Below are positions 9,403 to 19,933 of a DNA stretch of 64,000 nt, piece after piece; the stretch's first letter is position 1, and each line of letters opens with the position of its first letter. The notes beneath the pieces are model-generated. The model was not told the DNA's origin. It ran no database searches and saw only the letters and a program-made list of their open reading frames with translations. Position numbers and translations under genes: made by a program. The DNA comes from Candidatus Methylomirabilis limnetica (lineage in GTDB: Bacteria > Methylomirabilota > Methylomirabilia > Methylomirabilales > Methylomirabilaceae), in contig NZ_NVQC01000023.1 of the NCBI RefSeq assembly GCF_003044035.1, positions 77,301 through 141,300 of the forward strand, read 5' to 3'.

Positions 9403-10638
9403 CTAAAAAATTGAGGTCACCAGCAATAAGAGCGTGAGCACAACTATCACGAAGGCCGTTCCCCAGCCGATTAGGTTGGAGATCGGCGAGTTCACCTGCG
9501 CGCCCATGATCTTTCGGTCGTTGATCAGCAGGAGCATGAAGACCAGGACAGCCGGGAGCAGGATGCCGTTTAAGGTCTGGGAGAGATACATGATGGTGAT
9601 GAGCGGCGCCTTGGGCCAGAGGATCAGCAGCGCGCCGGCGCCCACCATGCTGAGGTAGATGCTGAAGAACCCGGGAGCCTCGCGAAAGGTCCGATTGATG
9701 CCCGTGTGCCAGCCAAGCCCCTCGCAGACCGCATAGGCGGTGGAGAGGGGCACGATGGCCGCGGAAAAGATGGAGGCGTTCAGCAGACCCACGGCAAAAA
9801 GGAGCGTGGCGTACTGGCCTGCGAACGGTTCGATCGCCATCGCAGCCTGTTCGGCCGTCTCGATCTGAATACCGTTCGCATTGAGGGTGGCACCGCACGC
9901 CACGATGATGAAGAACGCCACGGCTGACGCGACAATACTGCCTGTCCAAACATCGAACTTGACGTACCCATAGTCCTGGCGCCGAACTCCCTTATCGACG
10001 ATCGACGCCTGGATGTAGAACTGCATCCAGGGCGCAATGGTGGTTCCCACGAGGGTGATGAGCATAGTGAGATAGTCGCGCTCGATATGGAAGGTTGGCC
10101 TGGCAGTCTGCCGCAGGACGGTGGGCCAATTGGGGCTGGCCAGAAAGGCCGACACCAGATAGACGACATAGAAGAGGCTGGCGCCGAGGAAGATCCGTTC
10201 CACGAGGCGGTACGTCCCCTTGACGACCAACCAGCCCACCAGGAGCGCGGCCAGCGGCACCGTTGCGTATCGGCTCCACCCAAAGATCTCCATGCTCGCC
10301 GCCACGCCCGCGAATTCGGAAACGGTGTTGGCCAGGTTCGCCAGCACGAGAACCACCATCACGCCAACAGTGATCCGGACCCCAAACCGCTCGCGGATCA
10401 GCTCGGCCAACCCCTTGCCGGTCACGACCCCCATCCGCGAGCCCATCTCCTGGACGATGCCGAGGGCGATGGTGATGAACAACAGCGACCAGAGCAGACC
10501 ATAGCCGAACTGGGCGCCGGCAAGGGAATAGGTCGTGATCCCCCCCGCGTCCTGATCGACGCTGGCGGTAATGATCCCCGGGCCCATGATGGCGAGGAAA
10601 CGGAGGATCCGCCGCTTCTTGATCCGCGAAAGCCGCAT
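9403..10638 (-). CDS. NRAMP/SLC11-family transporter with NRMT-like (putative Mg2+) site substitutions
   Basis: Full NRAMP fold (GPGIITASVDQDAGG...AQFGYGLLW). The TM1 motif is DAGG where canonical is DPGN. The TM6 motif is TTIAPW where canonical is A-x-x-MPH. Confidence 0.8.
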   Translation of the reverse strand: MRLSRIKKRRILRFLAIMGPGIITASVDQDAGGITTYSLAGAQFGYGLLWSLLFITIALGIVQEMGSRMGVVTGKGLAELIRERFGVRITVGVMVVLVLANLANTVSEFAGVAASMEIFGWSRYATVPLAALLVGWLVVKGTYRLVERIFLGASLFYVVYLVSAFLASPNWPTVLRQTARPTFHIERDYLTMLITLVGTTIAPWMQFYIQASIVDKGVRRQDYGYVKFDVWTGSIVASAVAFFIIVACGATLNANGIQIETAEQAAMAIEPFAGQYATLLFAVGLLNASIFSAAIVPLSTAYAVCEGLGWHTGINRTFREAPGFFSIYLSMVGAGALLILWPKAPLITIMYLSQTLNGILLPAVLVFMLLLINDRKIMGAQVNSPISNLIGWGTAFVIVVLTLLLLVTSIF

Positions 10639-10662
10639 CGAGTGTCCTGGGTGGTGAAACGG

Positions 10663-11970
10663 TTAGATGTACTTTTTCGCTGCCCGTTGTTTCCATATCA
10701 TCGGGAGGAGTAGGTTCAGGACGTCATCGACAGTGACGATCCCTCTGAGCTCCCCCCCCTCATCCACCACCGGCACGGCCATTAGATTGTACCTGGTGAA
10801 GGTCTCGGTGACCTCGCGCAGGCCGGTCTCCGGCCGAACACTGATGGTTTGCCGCTCCATGATCTCATCAAGCCGCTGGCTCTGGTCGGCCAGGATCAGC
10901 TCCCGAAGGCTCAGTACCCCTACCAGCCGATCCAGGTCGTCGGTCACGTAGATGTAGTAGATAGTCTCGGCCTCGGCCCCCTCCACAGATCGGAGCCGAC
11001 CAATCACGTCGGCCACTAGGAAGTCTGGCCGCAGAGCAAACGCCTCTGTGGTCATGAGCCCACCGGCGGTATCTTCCTCGTGCGTGAGCAGCTCAACCAC
11101 ATCCTGGGCACCATCTTCCTCCATCGTATCGAGGAGCTCCTGCGCCTTCGCCTCCGGCAGGTCGCTCAAGATGTCGGCCGCCTCATCAGGCTCCATGCGC
11201 TCCAGGATATCGGCGGCCTGCTCACTCTCCATCATCTGGACCATCGAGGCTTGAACCTCCGGCTCCGTCTCGGTCAGCGTCTCGGCGGCGGTCTCTTCGT
11301 CTAAGGACTCCAACACCCCTGCTCGCTCGCTCGGACTGAGTTCCTCGATGATGTCGGCGATGTCAGCCGGATGCAGCTTCGCCAGTTTGGCATAGGTTGC
11401 GCGTCGCTTGGTCTTGGTCAGCTCAGTCTCTACCGGCTCGACAACATCCCAGGAGATCGTCTCACGTTCCAGGTGGGTCTTGAACAGGCTCGCGATCTGC
11501 TCAGCCATTGCCTCGGAGCCGAGATGCCTGAGTAGGCCACGCAGACCTGCCTCGACCGCCACAAGCTGCAGCCGCCCTTCTACCTCCTGGAATTCAAGAT
11601 CGTTGACCCGGATCACCTTGCAGCGCTTGGTATCCACCACCTTATGGTCCAGGAGGCTCTGCGCCAGCTCCATCTCCTCAGGCCGCAACGGAACAGGCTG
11701 AAGCGCCTTAGCCGCTTGAGACAGATGAATCGCCGCCGGCCCCCGCTCAATACGCGCCACAGCCTCCCACGGCAAAATCAGCTCTTCCTTCTCGGATGTC
11801 AGGATCGCGAGCTTGGTCACCGGGGGCAAGGCCCCCAACGGTAAGAGGATCAGGTCCTTAAGGTGACCCACAAGCTGCCCATCGGTATCGAGTACCGGAC
11901 AGCGACGCAACGCGGAGAAGAGGAGAGGCATACTCTCCGCCGGCATTTGACCCTCTACCTCCCCCTTCAT
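10663..11970 (-). CDS. MgtE N-terminal domain + tandem CBS-domain protein with no membrane pore
   Basis: Acidic MgtE_N helical region (EELSPSERAGVLESLDEETAAE...) followed by two CBS motifs. Ends at ...MIWKQRAAKKYI with no TM segments. 25 bp upstream of the NRAMP gene. Confidence 0.7.
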   Translation of the reverse strand: MKGEVEGQMPAESMPLLFSALRRCPVLDTDGQLVGHLKDLILLPLGALPPVTKLAILTSEKEELILPWEAVARIERGPAAIHLSQAAKALQPVPLRPEEMELAQSLLDHKVVDTKRCKVIRVNDLEFQEVEGRLQLVAVEAGLRGLLRHLGSEAMAEQIASLFKTHLERETISWDVVEPVETELTKTKRRATYAKLAKLHPADIADIIEELSPSERAGVLESLDEETAAETLTETEPEVQASMVQMMESEQAADILERMEPDEAADILSDLPEAKAQELLDTMEEDGAQDVVELLTHEEDTAGGLMTTEAFALRPDFLVADVIGRLRSVEGAEAETIYYIYVTDDLDRLVGVLSLRELILADQSQRLDEIMERQTISVRPETGLREVTETFTRYNLMAVPVVDEGGELRGIVTVDDVLNLLLPMIWKQRAAKKYI

Positions 11971-12590
11971 ATCTGACCGCTTCGCATGCCTCTGCGGACC
12001 AGCGCATTGAAGGTGGAGGAGTTGGCAATCTCCTTTTTGTAGATGAGCGGATCGTTCTGGAATCGTTTCTGGATGTAGCTGTCCACTCGATCCTTTAACT
12101 CGTATGGCAACGGTCTATCATCACCTGTAGTCTCAGACGTGTCAGCCGGATCGCCGTACATCGGGTGAAGCTTCCTTAGTGCTGCTGCCGCTTGCCCTGG
12201 TGTGTGACCCTCCCCTGACCCTTTTAGACAAATTGTATACCGCTGGAGCCCGTCAACCTTTTCGATGAGTACTCGCTCAATGGCAGGAAGATTCCACCAC
12301 CACCGTATATCTGCATCAGTCACACCTTCCTGTCTCTTCCTGGCAAGTTGTTCTTTAATGAGCGGATCTGTCGATTCTCGTTGAAGCAACTGATCTCCGG
12401 AATCTTGAGCCATGCCATCTGCCTTCGAGCGTTTCAACTCCTCTTTCGCGTCATGGATCATGTCTCTAGCGGTGCGTAGTGCCTCACTGGCCGGTATGCC
12501 CATCATCGACTCAAACATCCGAGCATGCGTTGCCTCAAGCTGCCGTTCGTAATCTGACTGCTTTAAAAACAGATCGGAAAGGAAGCCCAT
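11967..12590 (-). CDS. hypothetical protein
   Basis: ORF in an operon (4-nt overlap with the MgtE_N/CBS gene). No motif recognised. Confidence 0.4.
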   Translation of the reverse strand: MGFLSDLFLKQSDYERQLEATHARMFESMMGIPASEALRTARDMIHDAKEELKRSKADGMAQDSGDQLLQRESTDPLIKEQLARKRQEGVTDADIRWWWNLPAIERVLIEKVDGLQRYTICLKGSGEGHTPGQAAAALRKLHPMYGDPADTSETTGDDRPLPYELKDRVDSYIQKRFQNDPLIYKKEIANSSTFNALVRRGMRSGQI

Positions 12591-12625
12591 TGGTAACCCT
12601 CCCTACGATTTTTACAAACCACAAC

Positions 12626-12762
12626 GTAACTACTCAGGTAGATAGGCTGAAGGCTGAAGGCTTTTAGGGGTGAGTAATGCGCGATCAAAGAAAACTCAGA
12701 AAAGGTCTTGAATGGCTCGATTCGTGCCTTGCGAGATAATTTATAACCTTCAGCTCAGTTAC
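12626..12762. repeat. MITE-like element (subtype A core, right TIR degenerate)
   Basis: gtaactactcaggtagataggctgaaggctgaaggc ... ggtcttgaatggctcgattcgtgccttgcgagataatttataaccttcagc. Confidence 0.7.
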
Positions 12763-12809
12763 GGGTGGAAAAATCTCCCCCCGACTTAATACATGCCGGG
12801 GCAGGCTCT

Positions 12810-12880
12810 AGCCCCTCTTTTCCAAAGAGGGGGACTATCCGTTTCCCCCTTTGAAAAAGGGGGATTAAGGGGGATTTTAT
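12810..12880. repeat. poly-C/poly-G hairpin cluster (two hairpins plus gggggatttt)
   Basis: cccctcttttccaaagagggg and ccccctttgaaaaaggggg. Confidence 0.5.
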
Positions 12881-12944
12881 AAAAACATACCACATTTTAT
12901 TTAATGATTTCCCGCCTATCACTGAATGGTTACTTCTTTACGTT

Positions 12945-13072
12945 CATTTTCGTTGAGGGTCGATACCCTGCGGCTTGCCGCGAGTTCGTCATACCGGCGG
13001 AAGCCGGTATCCAACAGGGCCGACTGGATTCCCGCATATCCAGTACGGGGCAGGCTTGTCAAGCACGGAATG
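12945..13072. repeat. REP-2 structured repeat (multi-hairpin, reverse orientation)
   Basis: ggtcgataccctgcggcttgccgcgagttcgtcataccggcggaagccggtatcc...gtcaagcacggaatgac. Contains the 8-bp stem ataccggc-GGAA-gccggtat. Confidence 0.65.
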
Positions 13073-13168
13073 ACAATCAAAAGAAAAGGACATCTGGCGC
13101 ACTATCCTCGTTTGTCCGTAGGCAGGAACGCAGCACACCTGCCGCATAGGAGGCGCAAGTTCTGTAGC

Positions 13169-15484
13169 CTAGTGGGCGCGGCTGACCTCAGCCTTGTCCG
13201 CTACGTCATCCTCCTTCACGATCGAGCCTCGCTTGCTGAAGAGCACCGACAGCCCCAGGACGGTCACGCAGGTCAAAACGATAATAGACCGAGTGCCAAA
13301 CCCAATTTCACGGATGGCCAAGGGTGCGATCAGGATCGCGACCAGGTTCATGACCTTGATCATCGGGTTGATGGCCGGCCCTGCGGTGTCCTTGAACGGA
13401 TCGCCGACCGTATCGCCGATGACCGCAGCCTTATGACAGTCAGTTCCTTTGCCGCCGAACAGCCCCTCCTCGATCTTCTTCTTGGCATTGTCCCATGCCC
13501 CGCCGGTATTCGCGAGGAACACCGCCATTAGCTGACCGGTGAGAATCGCTCCGGCAAGGAAGCCGCCAAGCGCAGGCGCGCCGAAGGCGAACGCGACCAG
13601 GATCGGGCTGACAATCGAGAGGACGCCCGGTCCCAGCAGTTCCTTCTGCGCCGCAGCCGTCACGATCTCCACGCACCGACCGTAGTCGGGCTTCTCCTTA
13701 AACTCCATGATCCCCGGCTTCTCCCGGAACTGCCGACGGACCTCTTCAACCAGAAGAAAGGCCGCCCGGCTCACCGCCTGGATCGCAAAGGAGCAGAAGA
13801 GGAACGGAACCGCCCCACCGATCAGGAACCCGATGAAGACCTCTGGCAGGTTTACCTGGATCCCCGTCTCTAAGAGGTGCGCCTCGTCGATAAAGGAGCG
13901 GAAGAGGGAGACGGCCGCGATGACCGCGGTGGCGATGGCCAGCCCTTTCGTCAGGGCCTTGGTCGTATTGCCGACCGCGTCGAGCTTGGCGACAATCCGA
14001 TGTGCCTCAATTCCAGAGGGCGTCCTGGGGGCGTTCTTCAGCGCGCCAGACATCTCGAAGATGCCGCTGGCGTTGTCGGAAATGGGGCCGAAGGTATCTT
14101 CGGCCAGCACGAAGCCGGTGGTCGCCAGCAGCCCCAGCCCGGCCAGGGCGATCCCATAGGCTGACAGCGAAACGCTCCCACCGAAGATGCTGTATGCGCC
14201 AAAGATAGTTGCGGCGATGGCCAGGATGGCCCACACGCTCGACTCGAGGCCTGCGGCAAACCCGGAGAGGATCAGCGTCGCCGGCCCTGTCCGGCTGGCA
14301 TAGGCAATCTCGGTCACAGGCTTCTTGTCGGTCGCGGTGAAATACTCCGTCAGCCACGAGATCACCAGCGCCAGGGCGATCCCCATCGTATTGGCCAGAA
14401 AGACGCGCCACCAGAGTGTGCCGTACTTCGGGCTCACGATGTCGCCAAGGTAAAAGTAGCTCACAATGAAAAAGCCGACAACCGAACTGAGCGCAGCTAC
14501 CCAGAAGCCGAAGTTGATCGGCTTCATCGGGTTCATGTCGGGATCATCCTTGCCCCGAACGCACCAGGTGCCGAGGATCGAGCCGAAGACACCCACGGCG
14601 CGGATCAAGAGGGGATAGATGATCAGGGCCAGGACGACCTTGGAGGCGCTGGCAGTACCGCCGAACGACTCGACAAAGTCCTTATCCAACATGGCCCCGG
14701 CTCCCAGGATAATCGCCGCCACCAGCGTCACCTCGTACGACTCGAAGACATCGGCAGCCATCCCGGCGCAGTCGCCGACATTGTCGCCCACATTGTCGGC
14801 GATCGTGGCGGCGTTGCGCGGATCATCCTCCGGAATCCCCTTTTCAATCTTGCCGACCAGATCGGCGCCCACGTCAGCCGCCTTGGTGAAGATGCCTCCT
14901 CCCATACGCATGAACAGGGCGGCGAGCGACCCACCAAAGCCAAAGCCAACCAGAATCTTCATCGCATTCTCTTTGAACATCAGGAAGATGATGGTCGCGC
15001 CCAGGAGCCCAAGGCCGACGGTGAACATCCCCGAGACGGTCCCTGCCCTGAAGGCGATTTCCAGCGAGCTCTTGAAGCTATGGAGAGCGGCGGCGGCGGT
15101 TCGCACATTGCCTTTCACGGCCAGCAACATCCCGACGTATCCGGCGCCATAGGAGGCTGCGACTCCCATGAGAAAGGCAAACGCTACGCCAAGAGGTAGG
15201 AGCATCCCTTCATAAAGCGTACGATACATGAAGAAGAGGCCGATTGTGATGGCGATGACGAACCAGATCATCGTCTTAACCTGGCGCGCGAGATAGGCCA
15301 TCGCCCCCTCTTCAATCGCCCTGGCCACATCCTGCATCGCCTGGCTGCCAGGGTCTTCTTGCATCGTCTTTCTTGCCAGGTAGGCCCCATACCCCAGGGA
15401 GATAAAGGCCGAGACCAGGACTAACCAAAGGATCTTCCATTCCTGCGGGCCAAAGGCTGGCAGTGCAACGTTCGCTTCACTCAT
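13169..15484 (-). CDS. hppA: membrane-bound proton/sodium-translocating pyrophosphatase
   Basis: 771 aa, multi-TM, GDNVGDCAGMAADVFESYEV and DNVGD motifs. Confidence 0.9.
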   Translation of the reverse strand: MSEANVALPAFGPQEWKILWLVLVSAFISLGYGAYLARKTMQEDPGSQAMQDVARAIEEGAMAYLARQVKTMIWFVIAITIGLFFMYRTLYEGMLLPLGVAFAFLMGVAASYGAGYVGMLLAVKGNVRTAAAALHSFKSSLEIAFRAGTVSGMFTVGLGLLGATIIFLMFKENAMKILVGFGFGGSLAALFMRMGGGIFTKAADVGADLVGKIEKGIPEDDPRNAATIADNVGDNVGDCAGMAADVFESYEVTLVAAIILGAGAMLDKDFVESFGGTASASKVVLALIIYPLLIRAVGVFGSILGTWCVRGKDDPDMNPMKPINFGFWVAALSSVVGFFIVSYFYLGDIVSPKYGTLWWRVFLANTMGIALALVISWLTEYFTATDKKPVTEIAYASRTGPATLILSGFAAGLESSVWAILAIAATIFGAYSIFGGSVSLSAYGIALAGLGLLATTGFVLAEDTFGPISDNASGIFEMSGALKNAPRTPSGIEAHRIVAKLDAVGNTTKALTKGLAIATAVIAAVSLFRSFIDEAHLLETGIQVNLPEVFIGFLIGGAVPFLFCSFAIQAVSRAAFLLVEEVRRQFREKPGIMEFKEKPDYGRCVEIVTAAAQKELLGPGVLSIVSPILVAFAFGAPALGGFLAGAILTGQLMAVFLANTGGAWDNAKKKIEEGLFGGKGTDCHKAAVIGDTVGDPFKDTAGPAINPMIKVMNLVAILIAPLAIREIGFGTRSIIVLTCVTVLGLSVLFSKRGSIVKEDDVADKAEVSRAH

Positions 15485-15688
15485 ACAACGTGTCTCCTAT
15501 CATAGGGATCAATGGTCAGTTATTGAGCGTAGTGGATCCAACGCTTCTTTCCAGATTCCGTTCGCCCTGAGCCTGTCTAAGGGTGAAGCATTTCAACGGG
15601 TTGCGTTCATGGGTTCGACAAGCCTGTCCTGAGCCCAGCCGAAGGGCTCACCACGAACGGATTGTAAAGGCATGCGTGAGACGCTCCA

Positions 15689-17107
15689 CTAGTTACCAAA
15701 GAGGCCGAGCTGGTCCTGATCCTCCTCGGTAAAGGCAACCGGGTAGCAGCCGGTGAAACACGCGTTGCAGAAGCCCCCCCCACCCTGGGTTCCCTTCTCG
15801 GCGGACTGGTGCAATCCTTTCAGGCTCAGGTAGCCCAGGCTGTCGGCGTGAAGGTACCGCCGAATCTCCTCTGCGTCGTGCGTGGAGGCGATGAGCTCCT
15901 TGCGCGTTGGGGTGTCAATCCCGTAGTAACAGGGAAAAATCGTGGGGGGGGAGCTGATCCGTACATGGACCTCCGTAGCCCCGGCCGCCCGTATCATCGA
16001 CACGATCTTCCGACTGGTGGTTCCGCGGATAATAGAGTCGTCCACCACCACGACGCGTTTTCCCTCTAACACCTCACGGATGGCGTTGAGTTTGATCTTA
16101 ACCCCAAAATGCCTGATCGCCTGCTTAGGCTCGATAAAGGTCCGACCGACATAGTGATTGCGGATAAGGCCGTGTTCAAACGGCATGTGGGCCTCTTCGG
16201 CAAAACCAAGCGCTGCCGGAACTCCGGAATCGGGAACAGGAATCACCACGTCGGCCTCGACCGGGTACTCCCGCGCCAATTGTCTGCCAAGCTCTTTACG
16301 AATCCCCGCGACAGACCGACCAAATAAGAAGCTGTCCGGCCTGGCGAAGTAGACATACTCAAAGATACACTGAGACTTCGGTGCGGGTGGGAACGGAGAA
16401 AACGTGTGGACCCCACTTTCATTGATCAGGACGAATTCGCCTGGCTCTATGTCGCGGACGAAATCCGCCTCGATCAAATCGAAAGCGCAACTTTCGGACG
16501 CCAGGACCCACGCCTCACCAAGTTTGCCTAACGAGAGAGGACGAAAGCCGTAGGGATCCCGGATCCCCAGCAACTCGGTATCGTTCATGATGACCAGGGA
16601 GTAGGCACCCCGAACCTGGCTCAGTGCATCGACCGAAGCCTCCAGTAGGTTTGGCTCCCGTGAGCGAGCAATCAGGTGAACGATCACCTCGCTGTCGGTT
16701 GTAGAGTTGAAGATGGACCCTTGCGCCTCGAGATTGTCGCGGGTCTTCTCGGCGTTTGTCAGATTACCATTGTGCGCAAGGGCAAGCTGACCACGTTTGT
16801 AGCCGGCCAGCAGCGGCTGCGCATTCTTGACCTGCGAGGTCCCGGTCGTGGAGTAGCGGACGTGACCTATGGCAATCGCCCCTCTGAGGCGGCGAAGCTT
16901 GGTCTCAGAAAAGACGTCGGCAACCAGCCCCATGGCCTTTTCGAGATGCAGAGACTTACCGTCAGAGGCCGCAATCCCAGCGCTTTCCTGCCCCCTGTGC
17001 TGGAGCGCATACAGAGCCAGGTAGGCGAGGTTGGCGGCCTCCGAATGGCCATAGATCCCCACCACCCCGCACTCCTCGCGAAACTTATCGAACCTCAGCG
17101 TAGACAT
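15689..17107 (-). CDS. purF: amidophosphoribosyltransferase
   Basis: Propeptide plus CGVVGIYG Ntn Cys, and a PRTase motif. Confidence 0.9.
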   Translation of the reverse strand: MSTLRFDKFREECGVVGIYGHSEAANLAYLALYALQHRGQESAGIAASDGKSLHLEKAMGLVADVFSETKLRRLRGAIAIGHVRYSTTGTSQVKNAQPLLAGYKRGQLALAHNGNLTNAEKTRDNLEAQGSIFNSTTDSEVIVHLIARSREPNLLEASVDALSQVRGAYSLVIMNDTELLGIRDPYGFRPLSLGKLGEAWVLASESCAFDLIEADFVRDIEPGEFVLINESGVHTFSPFPPAPKSQCIFEYVYFARPDSFLFGRSVAGIRKELGRQLAREYPVEADVVIPVPDSGVPAALGFAEEAHMPFEHGLIRNHYVGRTFIEPKQAIRHFGVKIKLNAIREVLEGKRVVVVDDSIIRGTTSRKIVSMIRAAGATEVHVRISSPPTIFPCYYGIDTPTRKELIASTHDAEEIRRYLHADSLGYLSLKGLHQSAEKGTQGGGGFCNACFTGCYPVAFTEEDQDQLGLFGN

Positions 17108-17165
17108 AGAAACCAGCTTTCAGCTATCAGCAGCCAGCAATGCACGACTCCGCAGCAAGCTGCGG

Positions 17166-17346
17166 GGTTTCATCTTCTGTTCTGGCCCGTCATTCCGTAC
17201 TTGACACGCCTGCCCCGTACTTGATACGGCCTGCCCCGTACTCGATACGGGGGGGGAATCCAGCCGGGCCCTCTGGATACCGGCTTCTGCCGGTATGACG
17301 AACTTACGGCAAGCCGCAGGGAATGAACCCCCAGTGGATTCAAGAA
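17166..17346. repeat. REP-2 structured repeat (forward orientation, with duplicated gcctgccccgtacttgatacgg module)
   Basis: gtcattccgtacttgacacg...ggataccggcttctgccggtatgacgaact...gggaatgaacccccagtggattcaag. Confidence 0.65.
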
Positions 17347-17381
17347 TCAGCTATTGGAGGCTGACAGCTAATCGCTGCTTT

Positions 17382-18548
17382 TTACAGCACTCGCTTGAGG
17401 CCATGAATGGCCTGGCGGGTCCGGTGTTCGTTTTCCACCAGGGCGAATCGCACATACTCGTCCCCGTACTGTCCGAATCCGATCCCCGGGGACACGGCAA
17501 CCTTCGCCTTGTCGAGGAGGAACTTCGAAAATTCCAGAGACCCCATGGTCCGGTACGACTCAGGGATCTTTGCCCAGACAAACATGGTTCCCTTCGGCTT
17601 CGACAGATTCCACCCGATCCGGTTCAGCCCATCTACCAGCGCATCGCGCCGCGTCCGGTAGATCTCAACCGTCTGCCCCACGCATTCCTGCGGGCCGTTC
17701 AGCGCGACGATCGCCGCGATCTGGATCGGCTGGAACATCCCGTAATCCAGGTAGCTCTTGAGCCGCGTGAGGGCTGCGATGATCCGCGGATTGCCAACAC
17801 AGAAACCGACCCGCCAGCCCGGCATGTTGTAGCTCTTGGAGAGCGTAAAGAACTCCACCCCGATCTCCTTTGCCCCAGGTACTTGCAAGAGGCTTGGTGC
17901 CTGATAGCCATCAAAGGTCAGGTCCGCGTAGGCAAGATCGTGGATCAGGATCAGGTGGTGCTCCTGAGCGAACGCCACCACCTTTTCGAAAAAGGCGAGG
18001 TCCACGGTAGCGGTGGTGGGGTTGTGGGGAAAGCTCAGGATCAGCAGCTTGGGCGGTGGCCAGCTCTCCCGATGAGCAGCCATCAGCGCCCCATAGAAGT
18101 CGGTGCCCTCTTCAAGACGAACGCTGCGGACGTCCCCCCCGGCGATGATCACGGAGTAAGGGTGGATCGGGTAGGTCGGACTTGGCACCAATGCAACATC
18201 CCCGGGTTCCACTACCGCCAAGGCCAGATGCGAAAGTCCCTCCTTGGCGCCGATGGTCGCAATCGCCTCCCGCTCGGGATCGATCTCAACCCCATATCGC
18301 CGCCGATACCAATCAGCGATGGCCAGCCGGAGTTTCGTAATCCCGCGCGATGCGGAGTACCGATGATTCCGAGGGTTCCTGGCTGCCTCACAGAGCTTCT
18401 CGACGATGTGTGGAGGGGTTGGCAGGTCGGGGTTGCCCATCCCGAAGTCGATAATGTCATCGCCACGAGCGCGCGCCTTGACCTTCAGCTCATTCACGAT
18501 ATTAAAGACATACGGGGGCAACCGACTGATTCGGTGGAACTCCTCCAT
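17382..18548 (-). CDS. PLP-dependent aminotransferase, class I/II
   Basis: Fold I aminotransferase pattern with candidate PLP Lys in [15 protein letters not shown]. 388 aa. Confidence 0.8.
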   Translation of the reverse strand: MEEFHRISRLPPYVFNIVNELKVKARARGDDIIDFGMGNPDLPTPPHIVEKLCEAARNPRNHRYSASRGITKLRLAIADWYRRRYGVEIDPEREAIATIGAKEGLSHLALAVVEPGDVALVPSPTYPIHPYSVIIAGGDVRSVRLEEGTDFYGALMAAHRESWPPPKLLILSFPHNPTTATVDLAFFEKVVAFAQEHHLILIHDLAYADLTFDGYQAPSLLQVPGAKEIGVEFFTLSKSYNMPGWRVGFCVGNPRIIAALTRLKSYLDYGMFQPIQIAAIVALNGPQECVGQTVEIYRTRRDALVDGLNRIGWNLSKPKGTMFVWAKIPESYRTMGSLEFSKFLLDKAKVAVSPGIGFGQYGDEYVRFALVENEHRTRQAIHGLKRVL

Positions 18549-18757
18549 CTGCGCTCCTTTTGGTCACCGTGGCGACCGCTCATCTCTATGGAAAACTCGC
18601 CCTCACGCTACCAAAAGGAGCTAATACTGTCAATATGAAAGAGGGCCTGTGCGGGTTCATGGTAGTCTGCGGGTGACTCCGGCGATGGCGGCGGGAATTG
18701 CGGATCAAGCGTGGGGAGTCGCTGATCTATTAGGGGGGATAAAGTGGACCAGAAGAG

Positions 18758-19009
18758 CTACCGAAGAAGAGGCAAATGCCTTTTCGCGCACTCCAACTCA
18801 ATTCCAAGTAGACGGGTCATCTGTCTGACGTGTCCAATTTGAATTACGGGATCCCGTCCCCCGTGTTCACCGGTTGGCAATCCGCGAAAAACAAGCCCAT
18901 TGTGATAAACCCAAAAATGATGCTTTTTCCGTTCGTATCTGAAGCCTGGGGCACAGGCAGTGAGCATTGCCAAGACGTTCTTAAACTCTACCTGCCCGAA
19001 CGATGACAA
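18758..19009 (-). CDS. HicA-like toxin (mRNA interferase family), putative
   Basis: 83 aa. KKHHFWVYHNG...LPTGEHGG...IQIGHVRQMTRLLGI resembles the HicA H-x-k-l-x-h-G...H-x-G...l-lkqlGl pattern. Confidence 0.4.
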   Translation of the reverse strand: MSSFGQVEFKNVLAMLTACAPGFRYERKKHHFWVYHNGLVFRGLPTGEHGGRDPVIQIGHVRQMTRLLGIELECAKRHLPLLR

Positions 19010-19020
19010 AGACCACCACG

Positions 19021-19494
19021 CTAGGCGGCTACGGCCATCTGCGGCTCTAAAACGTTATCCTTCGGGTTGAAGACACGCAACAGCTTCACCTGTACGGAAC
19101 GTGGGGAATTGGCGGGCCTTTTCTGGAGACCCTTAGAAAGAGCCTCAGCCGTGATCTTTCCAGCGCGAACATCAAGAACAGCGGCATGCCATTCTTCCTC
19201 TGTTGGACAATTTATCCCCTTGAAGAATCGACCCACTTCCGCCTTGAACGAATTGAAGTCCTTAGCGTCTTCGGCAATATCGAACAGAATGACGGTGAAT
19301 GCTTTTCGAAACTCGCGCTGCGCCTCCATGAATGTGGCACCTCCCGCCGACAAGTCGCCAGGCTGGACGCCATACATCCACCAACCGTCAGATTCCTCGA
19401 CCGCTAAGCCGCGACCATGAACGGTAATACCTGCCAAAAAGCCCTCTCCCGATACCTTATCCTGAAAAGTGAACAGCAAAGGATACTGATTCAT
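19021..19494 (-). CDS. HicB-like antitoxin (UPF0150/RNase H-like fold), putative
   Basis: 157 aa, immediately upstream of the HicA-like ORF. N-terminal YPLLFTFQD...GEGFLAGI...GATFMEAQREF resembles HicB. Confidence 0.35.
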   Translation of the reverse strand: MNQYPLLFTFQDKVSGEGFLAGITVHGRGLAVEESDGWWMYGVQPGDLSAGGATFMEAQREFRKAFTVILFDIAEDAKDFNSFKAEVGRFFKGINCPTEEEWHAAVLDVRAGKITAEALSKGLQKRPANSPRSVQVKLLRVFNPKDNVLEPQMAVAA

Positions 19495-19724
19495 GCGATA
19501 CCCTCATTGCTCAAACATTGATTGGTATATCTCTTAATTGCGATTTTTTATAGTATACCCCCAGACGACGCTGTCAAGAAAAATGTTATCTACAAGTTAA
19601 ATATGCTACCCCATAAGGTATTAACCAACATCCATGCCATGAGCAAAATCAGCCCAATCAAATTAGGACACTACCGAGGGCCTGAAGTAGGCCGCCGCGA
19701 AGCCTGATGTCCCGACGCGAAAGC

Positions 19725-19925
19725 TACATCCGTTCGGGAGCGGAGACGCCAAGCAACCCAAGCGTGTTGGCCATGACCACGCGAAGGGCGGCCACAAGCG
19801 CCAGGCGTGCATGCGCGAGATTCCTATCGGCGGAGATAATCCGATGGCGGGTATATGGTAGCCGTGAAACTGCGCGGCGAGGTCGTGCAGATAGATGGTG
19901 AGCCTGTGCGGCTCCAGCACCTCTG
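19725..19925 (-). pseudogene. displaced and decayed copy of the argS 3' end (last ~66 codons), frameshifted
   Basis: About 88% nucleotide identity to 28041-28240 (the true argS 3' end), starting exactly at the stop codon. A 2-bp insertion near 19853-19856 breaks the frame. Confidence 0.8.
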
Positions 19926-19933
19926 CAATTCGG

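Noticed and set aside
9353-10713. Several 170-410-aa ORFs in alternative frames and strands over the NRAMP gene (9353-9949, 9780-10283, 9992-10696, 10087-10713)
   Set aside because: All overlap the clearly homologous NRAMP reading frame. They have Arg/Pro/Gly-rich low-complexity composition and are high-GC frame artefacts.
12926-13531. 201-aa plus-strand ORF
   Set aside because: N-terminal part is translated REP-2 repeat. The remainder is antisense to the H+-PPase gene.
17295-18638. 447-aa plus-strand ORF
   Set aside because: Antisense to the aminotransferase gene, with no motif and an Arg/Pro-rich sequence.
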